From Selaginella moellendorffii (taxonomy: Eukaryota > Plantae > Lycopodiophyta): 64,000 bases of DNA. The DNA is taken from NCBI RefSeq assembly GCF_000143415.4, contig NW_003314272.1, positions 1,088,184 to 1,152,183 on the forward strand, read 5' to 3'. A model generated the notes under the pieces. It saw only the letters and a program-made list of their open reading frames with translations. It did not search any database and had not been told where the DNA came from. A program made the position numbers and the translations under genes. Position 1 is the stretch's first letter, and each line of letters starts with the position of its first letter. This document shows positions 1-12,169 of this stretch, in pieces.

Positions 1-758
1 TTTAGTAATCAGCTTTTACAGGAGGTTCCAGGGCAGCAAAATGGTTGTGAACCAACGCTTCTGCAGCATTACGAGAGTAACGGACTGCTCAGAAAAGTAT
101 TCATTTTCTTTGGCTTTTTCATAGATCTTACTATGTTTGTTCTAGATCAATCCCTCAAATTTCCATGCGGAGTTAAAAAAGGTTATGTTCGCTACATTTC
201 TTCAGGTTCGTTTACTCTGTCATATTCTAACAAAGGTGCTGACCTTTCGTATTCGTGTGTAGAATGAGCTCCTTGAGCTCTCCGAGGAGCTATTGCGAGC
301 CATTGACGGCGGGGACTATGGAACGTACGAGAAACTTTGTGACACTGAATTGACAGCATTCGAACCAGAAGCACAAGGCATGGTTTTTGTTAAATCTTTC
401 TTCTTGCTCGCGGACTAAGTAGATCCAAACAGGGCAATTGGTGGAGGGACTCCCATTCCACAAGTTCTACTTCGACATGAGACAATCAGGGAACTCTTTG
501 CAAAGAGTCTCCACGATTGCGGCTCCCAAAGTTCTGCTCCTGTCGGGCGACGCTGCTCTCGTGACGTACACGAGGCTCATGCAAGCCATTGGCACACCAC
601 TGGCTGGGTATGTGGATGCATACAACGAGACTCGCCTGTGGAAGCTGAGCAAAACCAAGGCAGATGAATGGGCATGGAAGCATATACATTTCCACCGCTC
701 AAGGTGTCCTACAAATGCAGAGTTTTACAAGGTTAGCATGCAGCAAACACTGCTTTAG
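1..758 (+). CDS. 3' part of a gene ending in a CaMKII association (hub, NTF2-like) domain; 5' end lies outside the window
   Basis: Inferred exons <1-96, 146-181, 263-377 and 433-758 give ...NELLELSEELLRAIDGGDYGTYEKLCDTELTAFEPEAQGQLVEGLPFHKFYF...ETRLW...W.HIHFHRS. This matches the CaMKII hub pattern (FEPEA.G.LVEG..FH.FYF; ETR.W; HFHRS). Intron 378-432 is GC-AG. Confidence 0.8.
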
Positions 759-1236
759 TTCTCATCTCTCAACGCTACTCGTCGCCCAGGTCAATCGCTA
801 AACTCGCCGTTCCAATCAAAAAGCTTAAATGGTAAGGTATCCTTTTTTGAAATTGCTTAGAGTGATTTCAAAGAGACTTTAAAATTAAACATTAAGAGCT
901 TAAAGCTCTAAATAATGCAGGATGCAAAAGATTCCGCTCACAATCTCCCCGTCGCAAGAATGAAAAACATGCAAACATTTCAGATTATAGCAGCCAGGGC
1001 TACTCAAGAAGCCCTATAGAATTTTTTTGTTTTTCTTAGCATGATTTAGTATTTGGAAGTGATGACTATATTGGATGGTCCTAATGATGGAAGTGGTTGT
1101 AATTCTTAGGATACTACTCTATCCATCACAAATAGCATCAATACAGTAATCACTTCGAAGCTTTTAAAAATAGAATCTACATATTTTGTCTTGGTAATGG
1201 GAGATTTCACTTCCTGAACATAGTCGCTTCTATATA

Positions 1237-1750
1237 TCAGGTGAAGCAAGATCTAACGTCCACATCTTGATTGGTTTCATTTGCTGTTAAATCCATCCAT
1301 TTTTTGAAAAAAAAATCCACAAGTACGAATGGATACTGATGGGAAGATTCTGGGCAAGTATGGCGATCCGGCGCCAGGAATCGCCTAAAATCCATGGTGA
1401 GGCTCTTTGGATATCGAGGTTTCTTCATTGAATCCTTGGAATCTTTCGGTCGTTTCTTACAAGCGCCAAGTCTCTAGGAACCTTACAAAGCTCCGCCAGA
1501 TTTGCGATGCAGTCTGGGAATGTACGCAGCAGGCATGCCATCGCTCGCTGCCAGAGTTTGAAGGCAATCCACCAGCGTGAGGAAAGATAAACCTTGATCT
1601 CGGCCAACTCACTCTATGGCGCCAAAGATATCGGGCCTCCTTGGGTACCAAGCCACGGTGGGGTTGACCTAGCACTACGGGTCAAGCGTCAGCGACCCCA
1701 AGGTTTTCAGCTTACTTGGCACAACGCCCACATTTTCAGGATGACTAGGA
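1237..1750 (-). pseudogene. Possible degraded PPR-like fragment
   Basis: Broken frames with AFKLWQRAM...PD, RDLAL and LGAC, reminiscent of PPR repeats; no intact ORF. Confidence 0.25.
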
Positions 1751-2732
1751 TGGTTGGTTGTCAATGTGGCCAATTCGAATTACCTCGCGAGACCCTGCCA
1801 GGAACGAGCCCTACCTCTGGCTGTGAAATTGCTATCTCCAGGCTGAGAATCAGTAGGCAGAAGCGATGGCTGGCCAAATTCTGTGGAGGTGGACACACCA
1901 AGATCTTTTCGTCTAGGGAAACTAAGAAAAAATGCCAAAGAGCTCACCAGAACTCCTTAGTGTGTCCATGTAAGTTGCACAGCTTGGAGTTTTCAAGAGG
2001 CCACAACCTGTTTGCATGAAGTTTGTTAAACAAGAAAGGTAAATTAGAATGTCATCTTCTAGAAAAAAGACCCCCTTTAACTAGAAACCTTTGTTGGTCT
2101 ACAGGAAAACGTGGCGGATGGCATTCTCTCTGGGTATAACTCAGTTTGCTCGAAGATGGAATATACTTTTTCTTCGCTCTCGTTTTGCTCATGATCTGGT
2201 GGGAGAACTTGGCGCTGCAGCGATAAACCTTGCGCCTCAGCACCAGTTTGTGCTTGATTATCAATGAGCTTGATTATCAAGTGTGTAACTCGAGAGAGAA
2301 AACTCACGTCTCCTCATGGTGTTTCTTCTCCCGCACACCCAGTTCAACACATGGGAAAATGAAAACTCCGCATGCAATCGAAATGGGTTGTTTTGAGTAA
2401 ATTCATCTTTTAACCTAGAGCGTGGCGAAAAGAATCATTGGTCGAAAATTTGCCGGCGTGTTTTCCTATGCTTCACTCATTTTATGTTTTTTTTTAAATA
2501 ACTTTATAAAACATTCTTGTATTACTGATATGACGGCTGCTGGTCTTTGTTTGTCAGGATTCAAATCAATGCTCTTGAGCATTTACAGTTTACGAGTGGA
2601 CAAGAAAAAGAAACGACACGAAGGAAACCACGCAACACTCACCCACATTGTTTAAGATGGACCGAAACCATCTCTCCCCACCAACAGTGTCTAGGACTTC
2701 GTCTCTCCCCAGAGAGTTTAGTACTCCTTTCC

Positions 2733-4175
2733 ATGGCGGCCGAAGATAAGACTCATGTTCTTGTGCTTCCATACCCTGCACAGGGCCATCTCCCTCCGCT
2801 TCTGCATCTGTCAAAGGTACTGGCTGCAAATGGGATACGAGTTACCATTTTCAACATCGAAAGCATCCACAAACAGCTGCTGAAAAGCTGGGATCCATCA
2901 TCAGCTGGGAAACGCATCCAATTTGAGGCTCTCCCATTTCCAGAAGATATTCCCTTCGGGTATGATGCTTCCGTGCATGAAAAAAGAGTAGAATTTCATC
3001 AACTCCTGATGTCAAAGTTGAGAGACGAATTTGAGGCACTGGTACCAAGACTAGAGCCAGCACCTTCTTGCATACTTGCTGATGAATCCCTTTTCTGGAG
3101 TAAACCAATTGCTAAGAAGTTTGGACTTCCTTCAGTGAGCTATTTCCCTGGCAATGCTGCTTGGAGTTCTATCAGCCATCATCTGTGTCTGCTCGCCTCC
3201 AAAGGAGTTTTCCCTCTTAGAGGTACTAAACCTTCCATCTGTGAAGCACCCGAGTTAGCGCCTTTCGATTTTTGCAGATCCAGAGCGCGTGATCGACTAT
3301 GTGCCTGGCCTTTCCCTACAAAGTTGGAGGACTTTCCTGAATATCTGCACCATATGGAGAAGGAAACATTAGAAGGCTGGGCGAAGCACCCCGGTAAGAT
3401 GAAAGATGCAACATGGGTGCTGGTCAATTCGTTTTACGAGCTAGAGCCCCACACTTTCGATGCTATGAAGCAGACAATAGGACCTCGGTACTTACCTATA
3501 GGTCCATTGTTTCCGTTAACTTCGACAGGGTCGGGGGAAATCAAAACAAGCCTTCGACATGAAGAACATGGATGCTTAGAGTGGCTACAGACGCAAGCGG
3601 CAAGATCAATCCTATACATCTCCTTTGGAAGTTGCTCCTCATTGTCTGAGGCTCAGTTTGAAGAATTTATGGAGGGCCTGGCTGCAAGCAAGCAACAATT
3701 CTTATGGGTGCTGAGGCCGGACACAGTCCTGAATGGTAGATGCGACTTGTACCAGAAATGCACAGAACTCACAAAAGATCAGGGCTGCTTTGTTGCATGG
3801 GCGCCTCAGCTCAAGGTCCTGGCTCATCCCTCAATCGGAGGCTTTCTGACGCATTGCGGATGGAATTCTACTTTTGAGAGCATTTGCAACGGTGTACCAA
3901 TGCTCGGTTGGCCCCGACACAGCGATCAAAGCCTCAACTGCAAACTCATGTCCGAGGACTGGAAGATCGGAATGAGACTCGGCGCCTTCAGTAAATTTCT
4001 CAAGAGAGCAGAGATTGCAGAGAAGCTGAGCGACTTCATGGACAAGGAGAAAATCCTAGAATTCAGGATGAATGTAAGGAAGCTGGAGAATGCAGCCAGA
4101 GAGGCCGCAGGCCCCGGAGGATCCTCGTACGTCAACTTGGAGTCATTCTTTCGAGAGATGCGTGGCGCCATCTAA
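2733..4175 (+). CDS. Family 1 UDP-glycosyltransferase (possibly a frameshifted allele; see findings)
   Basis: Starts MAAEDKTHVLVLPYPAQGHL; PSPG box WAPQLKVLAHPSIGGFLTHCGWNSTFESICNGVPMLGWPRHSDQ; ends GGSSYVNL. Probable intron at 3223-3277. Confidence 0.92.
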   Translation: MAAEDKTHVLVLPYPAQGHLPPLLHLSKVLAANGIRVTIFNIESIHKQLLKSWDPSSAGKRIQFEALPFPEDIPFGYDASVHEKRVEFHQLLMSKLRDEFEALVPRLEPAPSCILADESLFWSKPIAKKFGLPSVSYFPGNAAWSSISHHLCLLASKGVFPLRGTKPSICEAPELAPFDFCRSRARDRLCAWPFPTKLEDFPEYLHHMEKETLEGWAKHPGKMKDATWVLVNSFYELEPHTFDAMKQTIGPRYLPIGPLFPLTSTGSGEIKTSLRHEEHGCLEWLQTQAARSILYISFGSCSSLSEAQFEEFMEGLAASKQQFLWVLRPDTVLNGRCDLYQKCTELTKDQGCFVAWAPQLKVLAHPSIGGFLTHCGWNSTFESICNGVPMLGWPRHSDQSLNCKLMSEDWKIGMRLGAFSKFLKRAEIAEKLSDFMDKEKILEFRMNVRKLENAAREAAGPGGSSYVNLESFFREMRGAI

Positions 4176-4949
4176 AATCCTATTACGTTTTCAAAAGTCT
4201 GAAGGAGAACCATAAGAGACATCTGGCTGGGCTTCCTTTCATTGGGGCGAATCTAGATACAAGGCCACTAATCTGCTGTGATGAAGTCATTGGACGAGGC
4301 TTTCCAGGTTACAGTGCTACAGTATTGTCGGTCTCACAACCTCAACGTGAGAGAAGCTGTTGGAGTGGCCTCCTGAAAGCGAACAAGCAGCTATTCAATT
4401 CAGTAACTGCCTTGTTGAGCAACAACATGCAAAGATGGAGGATGACGTAAACGATCTGGATCAAGTGGTTGCGGGGAGCACATGTGGCAAAACACAAACC
4501 ACCGGATTTGTCAACCTGTAGAGCCGACTGGCTGAATGCATTAGCAACTTGCCATCCCTGCGCCAGGGCCTCTCAACCTCTTTCATGGGTTGCTTTGGTT
4601 AGGCAGTACTCCGAAGGAGCCATAGGCTGGGCCTACTTTTGATACCTTTGGCCGTCGACTATCTGACTTTGTAACACCTGCTCATGCTAGAGAACCATCT
4701 TTGAAGAAGTCTCAAATGTGGCGGCTGCGTGATGAAGGACTCTTAGGAAGGATGGACGTCCTCAACCACAAATTCCAGTCCAAACTACGACATGAGTCGT
4801 TTCTGTAATGTGTAGAGCCCAAGTCTTCATCCGACTCTATGAAAAGCAGGAGGAGCGGAAGGAACAGGCGAAAAAGCATAAACAGCCATTCCAGGAAAAG
4901 AAGAAGATAGATAGATAGCAAGAAGAAAAAGTGCTCTTCTTTTAAGTGA

Positions 4950-7900
4950 GGTGATTGAAAATGTAATGCTAAGAATCAATATGGAATCATAGGTCTTTGT
5001 TTAGAGAAATTTCATAGAAATTTCAATTAAAAATTATGTGTGGACGTGGAATTCATGAAATACTTAGATTTCAAAATTGAAAGAATTCAATTTAAATTTT
5101 GCATAATGAAATTTTTGCCAGAATTTTTTGTCAAATTTGTATTAATTAATCAAGCATGGACACCTTGAGACCCTGAGCTCATGCACTTAGGAGCTTGACC
5201 TTCCAGAGCTCTAGCGACACCCAGCCCCAAACTCAAGCTAGAACCTGGACCTAGTCCATTCATGCTTGTCACATCCACCATGCATACATGGCCCCAACCA
5301 TGACTGAAATTAAGAGATAAACTGGATCACTGTATTAAGCCAACTAGGCACATGGGCTTGCGCACCTGGATATCCAAAAGGCTGGACATCCAAAAGGTCT
5401 CACTCATATTCAAAAAGGTTGGATATCTCTAAAAGGTTGGAAGATGAGTTAACATTGGGTAGAATCTTTACATGTACCCCTTTTGAACAGATTGATCTAT
5501 ACAAGGTACATGTGAATGGCATATGCTTAGTATGTATATAAATTTCCAGCTGGCAAGAGTGATCCATGTCAGTCTTTTTTACATGAATATTGATTATTGT
5601 AGAATAGCTAGAATGCCATAGTGAATCGAAAAGGTTTACATTCTGATAGTGATTTACATTCTGATTCAATCTTGCAATCCTTTTGTAGTGGTCTATAATA
5701 TTTTTATATTCAGACTTCCTAAGAACTTCTAACATCTACCCAATGGATATGGATAATGAAATTGTCTATGTGAAATGGTCATTCCCCAATGAAAGGGAAT
5801 TTTCTATAACAAATAAGAAAATTGGGAATTTCCATAACATGGGATAATGAGGAAATTTTCTTCTTTTCATTGGGAAATTTTCTTGACAGGTCAAAATTTC
5901 TCCTAATAATTCTACTGGTAAGAGAGGAAACTAATATATTTTATCTTGACTATATATTTTATTTTTCTTTTGACGAAACTCCCACCAAAGAGATTTACCT
6001 CCTAATACACAAATATATTCTAGATAGAAGAAGCTATTAAGACCTCTTTACTGTTCAAATTCATTTTTTTCTTCATATAAGAAGACATTCTCTATATAGG
6101 TGGATGTTTTTCTTTAGTGATTAATGTTATCTGTAAGTTAGGAAATATTGAGTACCATAAAGCCCTAAAATTTTAAATTAAGATTTGCAATTTGCAAATT
6201 AGTTTGTGATTGATTTTACCTACTTTTTATTAGTAAGCGAAACTATTTCACATTGGTAAGTGGTATAAGACAATGTTAAAGGTGTTAACAATCTTAAAAC
6301 TCAATTATTATTTGTACATTTAGATTGCTAATTTGTCATAAACTCACAAACAATGATCTCATAAACAACATAATTTACACGTACTATATAATGAGGAAGG
6401 GATGTGTTCTAGGGATTTATTCATGATAACTAGATGTAAATCTTATAAATTTGTATTTAACTTAAGTTAATAAATATTTTAACCTAGAGTTTAAAGAATT
6501 AAATTTAATAGAGGAGGCTAAGAAATTCATGGAAAAGCCAAGATTAATTGAGCTTAACGAAGTTATTGCATTATCTAAAGTCTCAACCCTTGCTTTAACA
6601 TCTACTTCAATCACCTCAACTTTTTCACTTAGAAAAGTTAGAATGACAAATACTATATATCAGCATGGTATAAAACTATCACCAACATATATAAAAGAAA
6701 AAATAAAAGTAGATAATTAGTTTTAATTATGAACTTCAACTAATAAATAATATCATACATTTTTTTTGTAATCCTTTTCTTTTCTGTTAATACACGAGTT
6801 ATATACTCTTTTATTATCCAATTATTAAGCAATAATACACTTAATAGTGAGATCCAAATATATTCAAAATGCATTTCAAATCTTTTGATGGCTAGTATAA
6901 CATCCTTATATGCTTAATTGCTCAGCTCTAATTATTATTACTTTTTTGGCTTTGCTTCATATATTTCTTATTGACTATATTCAAAAGTTGTTTTTTATTT
7001 TGATTAGCAGAAAAAATGGTGGACCATACCTTTAGATATTCATAATCAACCTCCTTTCCATAGATAATTTCAACATAAATATTTTTCATGAATGTTAAAG
7101 GTGCTTATCATACATTTATAATGCCATAGTAAAGGTAAAAGAATTTTAAAAGGAAAATATATTATACATGGATATAATAAGTTTTGATTTTAATTGATTT
7201 TGCAAGCTTGCTATCACTTCTTTTTATTTAGATTGGAAAGGAAACTTTGCATGATAGAATTATGTGTTCCTCAAGTTTGTTATCATCAATTAAATTGTGA
7301 ACATCCTTTACAATCTCTTTTTTTAATGAACATGGTCTTTTTTGTCTTGTTTTGGCTATTTGATATTGATAATATATTGGTGAGAACTTATTGTTAGATT
7401 GTCTTTTTTATGTATCACAAGAAATCTTAAGTACATTTAAAATATGTGGAATCTTCATATTTGGCAAGATGGTTGACCATAGCTGATTAACAAAAAAAAA
7501 AAAAAAGAATTATTCAATCCTTTTTTTATAAAGAATTTTACATACCTTCTCTTAAAAGAAAAATGGAAAAATTATAAAAGCGAGAACTAATTAATTTAAG
7601 CATACCTCTACTGATATCACCCATCCTACAATGAATCTAATTGAAATGCATAAAACTTTAACTCATAGTTAAAAACTATGTAGATGCCCATTATATACAT
7701 TCCTCTCCCATTGGGAAAATATTTCCTCTTCCATTGGGAAAATGTTTTTCAACAGCCTTAATAAACTTTGGCTCACCCATTAACTCAATCCAGCTGTTGG
7801 CAGCCATTGAATTGAGTTAAGTTCTCTGCAAGAATGTTGGCTGACGATTGCCAAGTTCCTAGAACCTGGCTGCCAGCAGCCAAGTTCTAGAGAACCCTCT

Positions 7901-8050
7901 CATCCTCAAATAACGTTATGCCATGTGCCACAACCTGTTAAAGCTGTTCCTTGGGCGTTCCTTTTGCCGTAACCAAGACTTCCTTTATCAAATTCCTTCA
8001 CTGTATAAAGAATTCTTATATATATAAACAGTGATACATAATTAATGTTG
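4950..8050. other. AT-rich, gene-free island, possibly a decayed transposon
   Basis: Sharp rise in AT content relative to the flanking genes; no credible ORF; two hairpins near 7780-7890. Confidence 0.3.
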
Positions 8051-8118
8051 ATTTCCTGCTATAGAGTCATCTCGAAAATTTTAAATTCGAGAAAGTTTGC
8101 TGATGCTACCGGGACAAT

Positions 8119-9423
8119 ATGGGTCCCCTGACAAAGTTCCAGCAGTGCACCAGATTTGCAATGCTACTCCGAGAGTGTGACGAGCCAAGACAACTCGCTT
8201 GCGGCAGGCATCTCCACGCGCAAATCCTAAATGGCGACCTGGGCGGCGAGACATTCCTCTCCAACCTCTTGATCCAAATGTATGGCACCTGCGGGAGCTT
8301 GCAAGACGCGAAGCAGGTCTTCGATGGGATCCAAAGGCCAAACATCTTCTCCTACACGATCATGATCACAGCCTTGGTTCAAGCTGGCCAGAGGAGGCGC
8401 GCCTTAGAGCTGTATCACCGCGTGGATCTGGAAGGCCTCGCTCCGGACGAAGCCACTCTTGTCATCGCCATCGCTGCTTGCGAGAGCTTGTCCCAAGGCA
8501 AGGCAATCCACCAGCGTCTTCAAGCCAGAGGAAAGATGAACTTGATCTCGGCCAACTCTCTCCTGGGCTTGTATGGACGGCTCGGCAGCATCGAGGGCGC
8601 GGCGTGCCTCTTCCATTCCATGCTCGAGAGAGACGCGGTTTCGTGGACTTCGCTTCTATCGGCATATGCCCAGAACGGACATAGCCGGACAGCGCTAGAT
8701 CTGTACAAACAAGGCGCGAATGTGGAGGAGAACGAGGTAACGTACATTGTGTTGCTTGGAGCTTGTGGCGAGCTTGGAGATCTTGCCCGGGGAATGGAGC
8801 TCCATGCCAGGATCGTTTCGAGGATGAGCAGCTGGGTCGACTCGAGCAACGCGGTGGTGCTGGCGAATGCGATGGTGACCATGCTTGCGAGGTGTGGGAG
8901 CTTGCCTCGAGCTCGAAAGTTCTTCGATCGAATCGCAGCGGCCAAGACAAGGGTATCGTGGACAGCAATGCTCGCAGCTTACGTCCAGCAGGGGCTCGTG
9001 AGCAGTGCCAAGGAGGTCTTCCACGCCATGGCGGTCGAGGGAGAGTCGCCGGACGAGGTTACGTTTGTGAGCTTGCTTCATGCGTGTAGCCATGGCGGTG
9101 AACTGGAAGAGGCTGCTCAATACTTCGGATCCATGGTGAGTGACTACGATCTGTCCCAGAGCAACGAGCACTGCCGCCGCTGCTTGCTGGACCTCCTGGG
9201 CAGAGTTGGATGGCTAGACGAAGCGGAGAGGCTGCTAGCCGAGGAGAAGACGCTGGGATCCAGTGTGGTGGCGTGGAAAACTTTCCTGGGTGCTTGCAAG
9301 ACTCATAGCTCGGCCAGGCAGGCACAGTGTAGCTCTCTCAATCTCCGGAAGCTCCAGCCAGGGGACGCTACCTCTTATGTCATGCTTTCCAATCTCTACG
9401 CTCACAAGTCGCAAAACACATAG
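8119..9423 (+). CDS. PLS-class pentatricopeptide repeat protein with an E-like C-terminus, intronless
   Basis: Repeats NLLIQMYGTCGSLQDAKQVFD, NSLLGLYGRLGS, DAVSWTSLLSAYAQNG and PDEVTFVSLLHACSHGG; E-domain-like WKTFLGACKTH...SYVMLSNLYA; no DYW domain. Confidence 0.92.
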   Translation: MGPLTKFQQCTRFAMLLRECDEPRQLACGRHLHAQILNGDLGGETFLSNLLIQMYGTCGSLQDAKQVFDGIQRPNIFSYTIMITALVQAGQRRRALELYHRVDLEGLAPDEATLVIAIAACESLSQGKAIHQRLQARGKMNLISANSLLGLYGRLGSIEGAACLFHSMLERDAVSWTSLLSAYAQNGHSRTALDLYKQGANVEENEVTYIVLLGACGELGDLARGMELHARIVSRMSSWVDSSNAVVLANAMVTMLARCGSLPRARKFFDRIAAAKTRVSWTAMLAAYVQQGLVSSAKEVFHAMAVEGESPDEVTFVSLLHACSHGGELEEAAQYFGSMVSDYDLSQSNEHCRRCLLDLLGRVGWLDEAERLLAEEKTLGSSVVAWKTFLGACKTHSSARQAQCSSLNLRKLQPGDATSYVMLSNLYAHKSQNT

Positions 9424-9589
9424 CTTGGTGGAATTCACTGGAAATCTATCGAAAGGAATCCTTGAGAAAGAGATGGAACTTCCAGGAAAAAAAATGAGGA
9501 AAACTATCTCGGTATGGAACTTCCAGAAAGAGGTTGAGGCACAATTGAACACTATCACGAGAAAAACATTTAATAAAAAAAATTAATTA

Positions 9590-9663
9590 TGTCTGAACCC
9601 AGGTTCGAACTGGGGACCTCTAGTGTGTGAGACTAGCGTGATGACCAACTACACCATCCAGAC
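9590..9663 (-). tRNA. tRNA-Val (anticodon CAC)
   Basis: Minus strand reads GTCTGGATGGTGTAGTTGGTCATCACGCTAGTCTCACACACTAGAGGTCCCCAGTTCGAACCTGGGTTCAGACA: cloverleaf, A and B boxes, downstream T-run terminator at about 9575-9582. Confidence 0.95.
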
Positions 9664-9753
9664 CTTCTTGTTCACTTCCCAAGTTTTCTTCGATCCAATC
9701 TTTTCTGTGAGTCAAGTCAAGTACCGGAAAGATTCTAGCCACTGTGTCGCAAA

Positions 9754-10395
9754 ATGCTAGCAAAGTGGAGCTCCTTGGGCGCTTGGTTCCTCGTTTGTGA
9801 GCTTGTTCTCTCCATCGCCAGTGCGCAAATCCAATTCCCTCCAGACATCCCCAACAAGGACACAGTCCCTGGAGTGATCTACTTCAACACCGCCAGAACC
9901 ACTCGAGGCAGCCCATTCCTCAAGAATCTGGAGCTCGTCATCCGCTTCCTCTACTCCTCTACTCCCCCCGATGGATTTGCGACATGTCTCGGCTATGGCG
10001 AGTTTCCCGACACCGCCTACGCGCACTCGGCTTGCTACGGCATGGCGGACCAGCAGGGCTGCTCGGACTGTATCAAGCACACCTACACGGACATCCAGCA
10101 AGTAGCTCCTCTCACCGTCGGCGCTCGCTACTGGATCAACGGCACCGACGACCGCTGCCACTTGCGCTTCGAGGCCTACAGCTTCCGGAAGGAGCTCGTA
10201 TCATCCGGTCAGTGATCAAAGCTCATCGATCAGCGCTGAGAGTTTTCACTTGTGTGATATGATATCCGGCTTTGATCGTTTTGCATCGCAGGTACTCTGG
10301 GTGTCTTGGGTCCGAATGGAACTACGCCTTATAGTCCTGATCTTGCGAGTGATCCAAAAACTTTCGGTGGCAAGACAGTCAAGCTCCATGTCTGA
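9754..10395 (+). CDS. Secreted single-DUF26 (Gnk2-like) cysteine-rich protein
   Basis: Signal peptide; C-X8-C-X2-C motif (CYGMADQQGCSDC). Exon 1 9754-10207, intron 10208-10291, exon 2 GTLGVLGPNGTTPY...KLHV* to 10395. No TM segment or kinase. Confidence 0.85.
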
Positions 10396-11114
10396 CTTGG
10401 AAACGTTGGAGTCATCCAAAGAATAAATGTGAGTTACGCGTCTACGTACGTACAAGTTTGTCTATCATGCTTGTATCTGTCAAGAGAATTTTCTGTGTTC
10501 CACTACTCGTGATGTAACTGGGAGCTTCTCGCGATTGGAGCGGCTCGAATTACCACAGTGCTTGTCAATCGCCGGCTCTCTTCCTCGTGGTTGTCGATTT
10601 GTAAATAGTTCTTCGTGAGCCGCGCGTCGTCCAGCTTTTGGCATGGTGAGCATTCCTAAAAATTAAAAAGAAACGCTCAGTAGTCAAGGGAAATTTTCCC
10701 ACCAAATAGTGCTCGATCGTCTCCAAAAACTCGTAACCGAGGAGTCGACAGATTCCCTTCAGCACTGTAACGTTCAGGCCTGACGAGATTCCGCTAGTTA
10801 CATTCACAAACATTCGAACACCCTGGAAGCAAAAAAAAATAAAAAATAAAAATCTCATAAGAAACCATAACGTCGTCTCATTCACTTGCCTTGCACACTG
10901 GTCCGGATCCACCTTGATCCATAGCTATCAAGATGCAAAGACAATTGACGTTAAGAAGTAGATCACACATCGATCACGTCAGACAACTTGCGCACGACGA
11001 TTGAAAAATCCCGATATACAAACTACCTGCTTGAGAAAATAAACATTCCTGGATATGGAAGCGATATGTTCTGTACAAGTCCCCTATAGATAAATCAATC
11101 ACGCATGCCAGTTC

Positions 11115-11991
11115 TCAGCGAACATACGGCGATAATCCCGGTTCCTTGGACAGCGATTCTTCTTCTAGCAGCTGGAAAGGATCCACGTACGGAGGCTTTC
11201 CGCCATGAAGGTCTCCCTCGTGTATAAAGGATGGACCAAAGTACTGCAGAGAAAACCAAGCAAAATCGTAACTTTCTCCATAGATGATGGATGAACTCAC
11301 CAGATAGATGGCCACAAAGAGCGCGACAATCGCAATGATCAGCGGCCAGAAGGCGAGGAAAAACGTCGCGCCGAGCTTGATGAGCTCCTGAGCTCGCGGT
11401 ATGAGTCCCTGGTAAAGGAAAGTTATCGAAGGTTTGCATGGGAATGGAGAACTCACGTCAAGGCCTTCGCTATTGAGCGCCAGCGTTCGCTTCAGCTGAC
11501 CACTCCTATCATCCCTCCACTCGGAGGAATTCGAGGAGGAAGAAGATGAAGAAGTGGAAGACTTGAATGATTGAGCGGTGTCGCTACTATCCTCGCCGCT
11601 GCCAAATTCTTCGCGCTTGGTTTTGGTCTCGGTGGAAGCTCCAGAGTACTTTGTTGGCGGAGCGAGGCCGCGCCGCTTGAGCTCCTTCATGAAGAGCGAC
11701 TCCGGAGGCTCGTCACCTGGAGAGAATCTATCGCCTGTCAGTCAGATTGGAATGGAGGAAGCGAGGGAGGATAGAATGAAGGGCAAGGAGGAATAGAAAG
11801 AGCCTCTTACCCGAGAAACCATCGTCCCTGTCTCCTCCTCCGTCCTGCCGCAATGCCGCCACACGCAATGTCTTGAATCGAGAGCCCTGCCGGCCCGCGG
11901 CACCTAATCCACGCCCCGAGCCGAGCGATAATCTCCTGTCAGCAGTAGACGAGGAAGGGAGGCACAAATTGTGCACTGCGCTGCTTGCCAT
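11115..11991 (-). CDS. Conserved plastid-targeted membrane protein of unknown function (At3g51510-like, from recall), spliced
   Basis: Ser-rich transit-peptide-like start; motifs ESLFMKELKRRG, LALNSEGL, GLIPRA...FFLAFWPLI (TM) and YFGPSFIH...PPYVDPF; three short GT-AG introns. Confidence 0.75.
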
Positions 11992-12096
11992 GCCCTTGGA
12001 AAAAGTGAAATTTCCTCAAGAACCCTAAACGTATATTCTTCCAGTAAAAAAGGTCAAAAGGCGGATATTTCTTACGAGGTCAAAATGAAATATAGG

Positions 12097-12169
12097 TTCC
12101 GTTGCCGGGAATTGAACCCGGGTCTTTCGGGTGAGAGCCGAATATCCTGACCGACTAGACTACAACGGA
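12097..12169 (-). tRNA. tRNA-Glu (anticodon CTC)
   Basis: Minus strand reads TCCGTTGTAGTCTAGTCGGTCAGGATATTCGGCTCTCACCCGAAAGACCCGGGTTCAATTCCCGGCAACGGAA; cloverleaf with A and B boxes. Confidence 0.95.

Noticed and set aside
2547-2732. 62-aa N-terminal extension of the UGT in the ORF track
   Set aside because: Starts at TTG; family similarity begins at ATG 2733.
6400-7450. Possible decayed transposase on the minus strand
   Set aside because: No diagnostic motif or terminal inverted repeat could be confirmed by eye.
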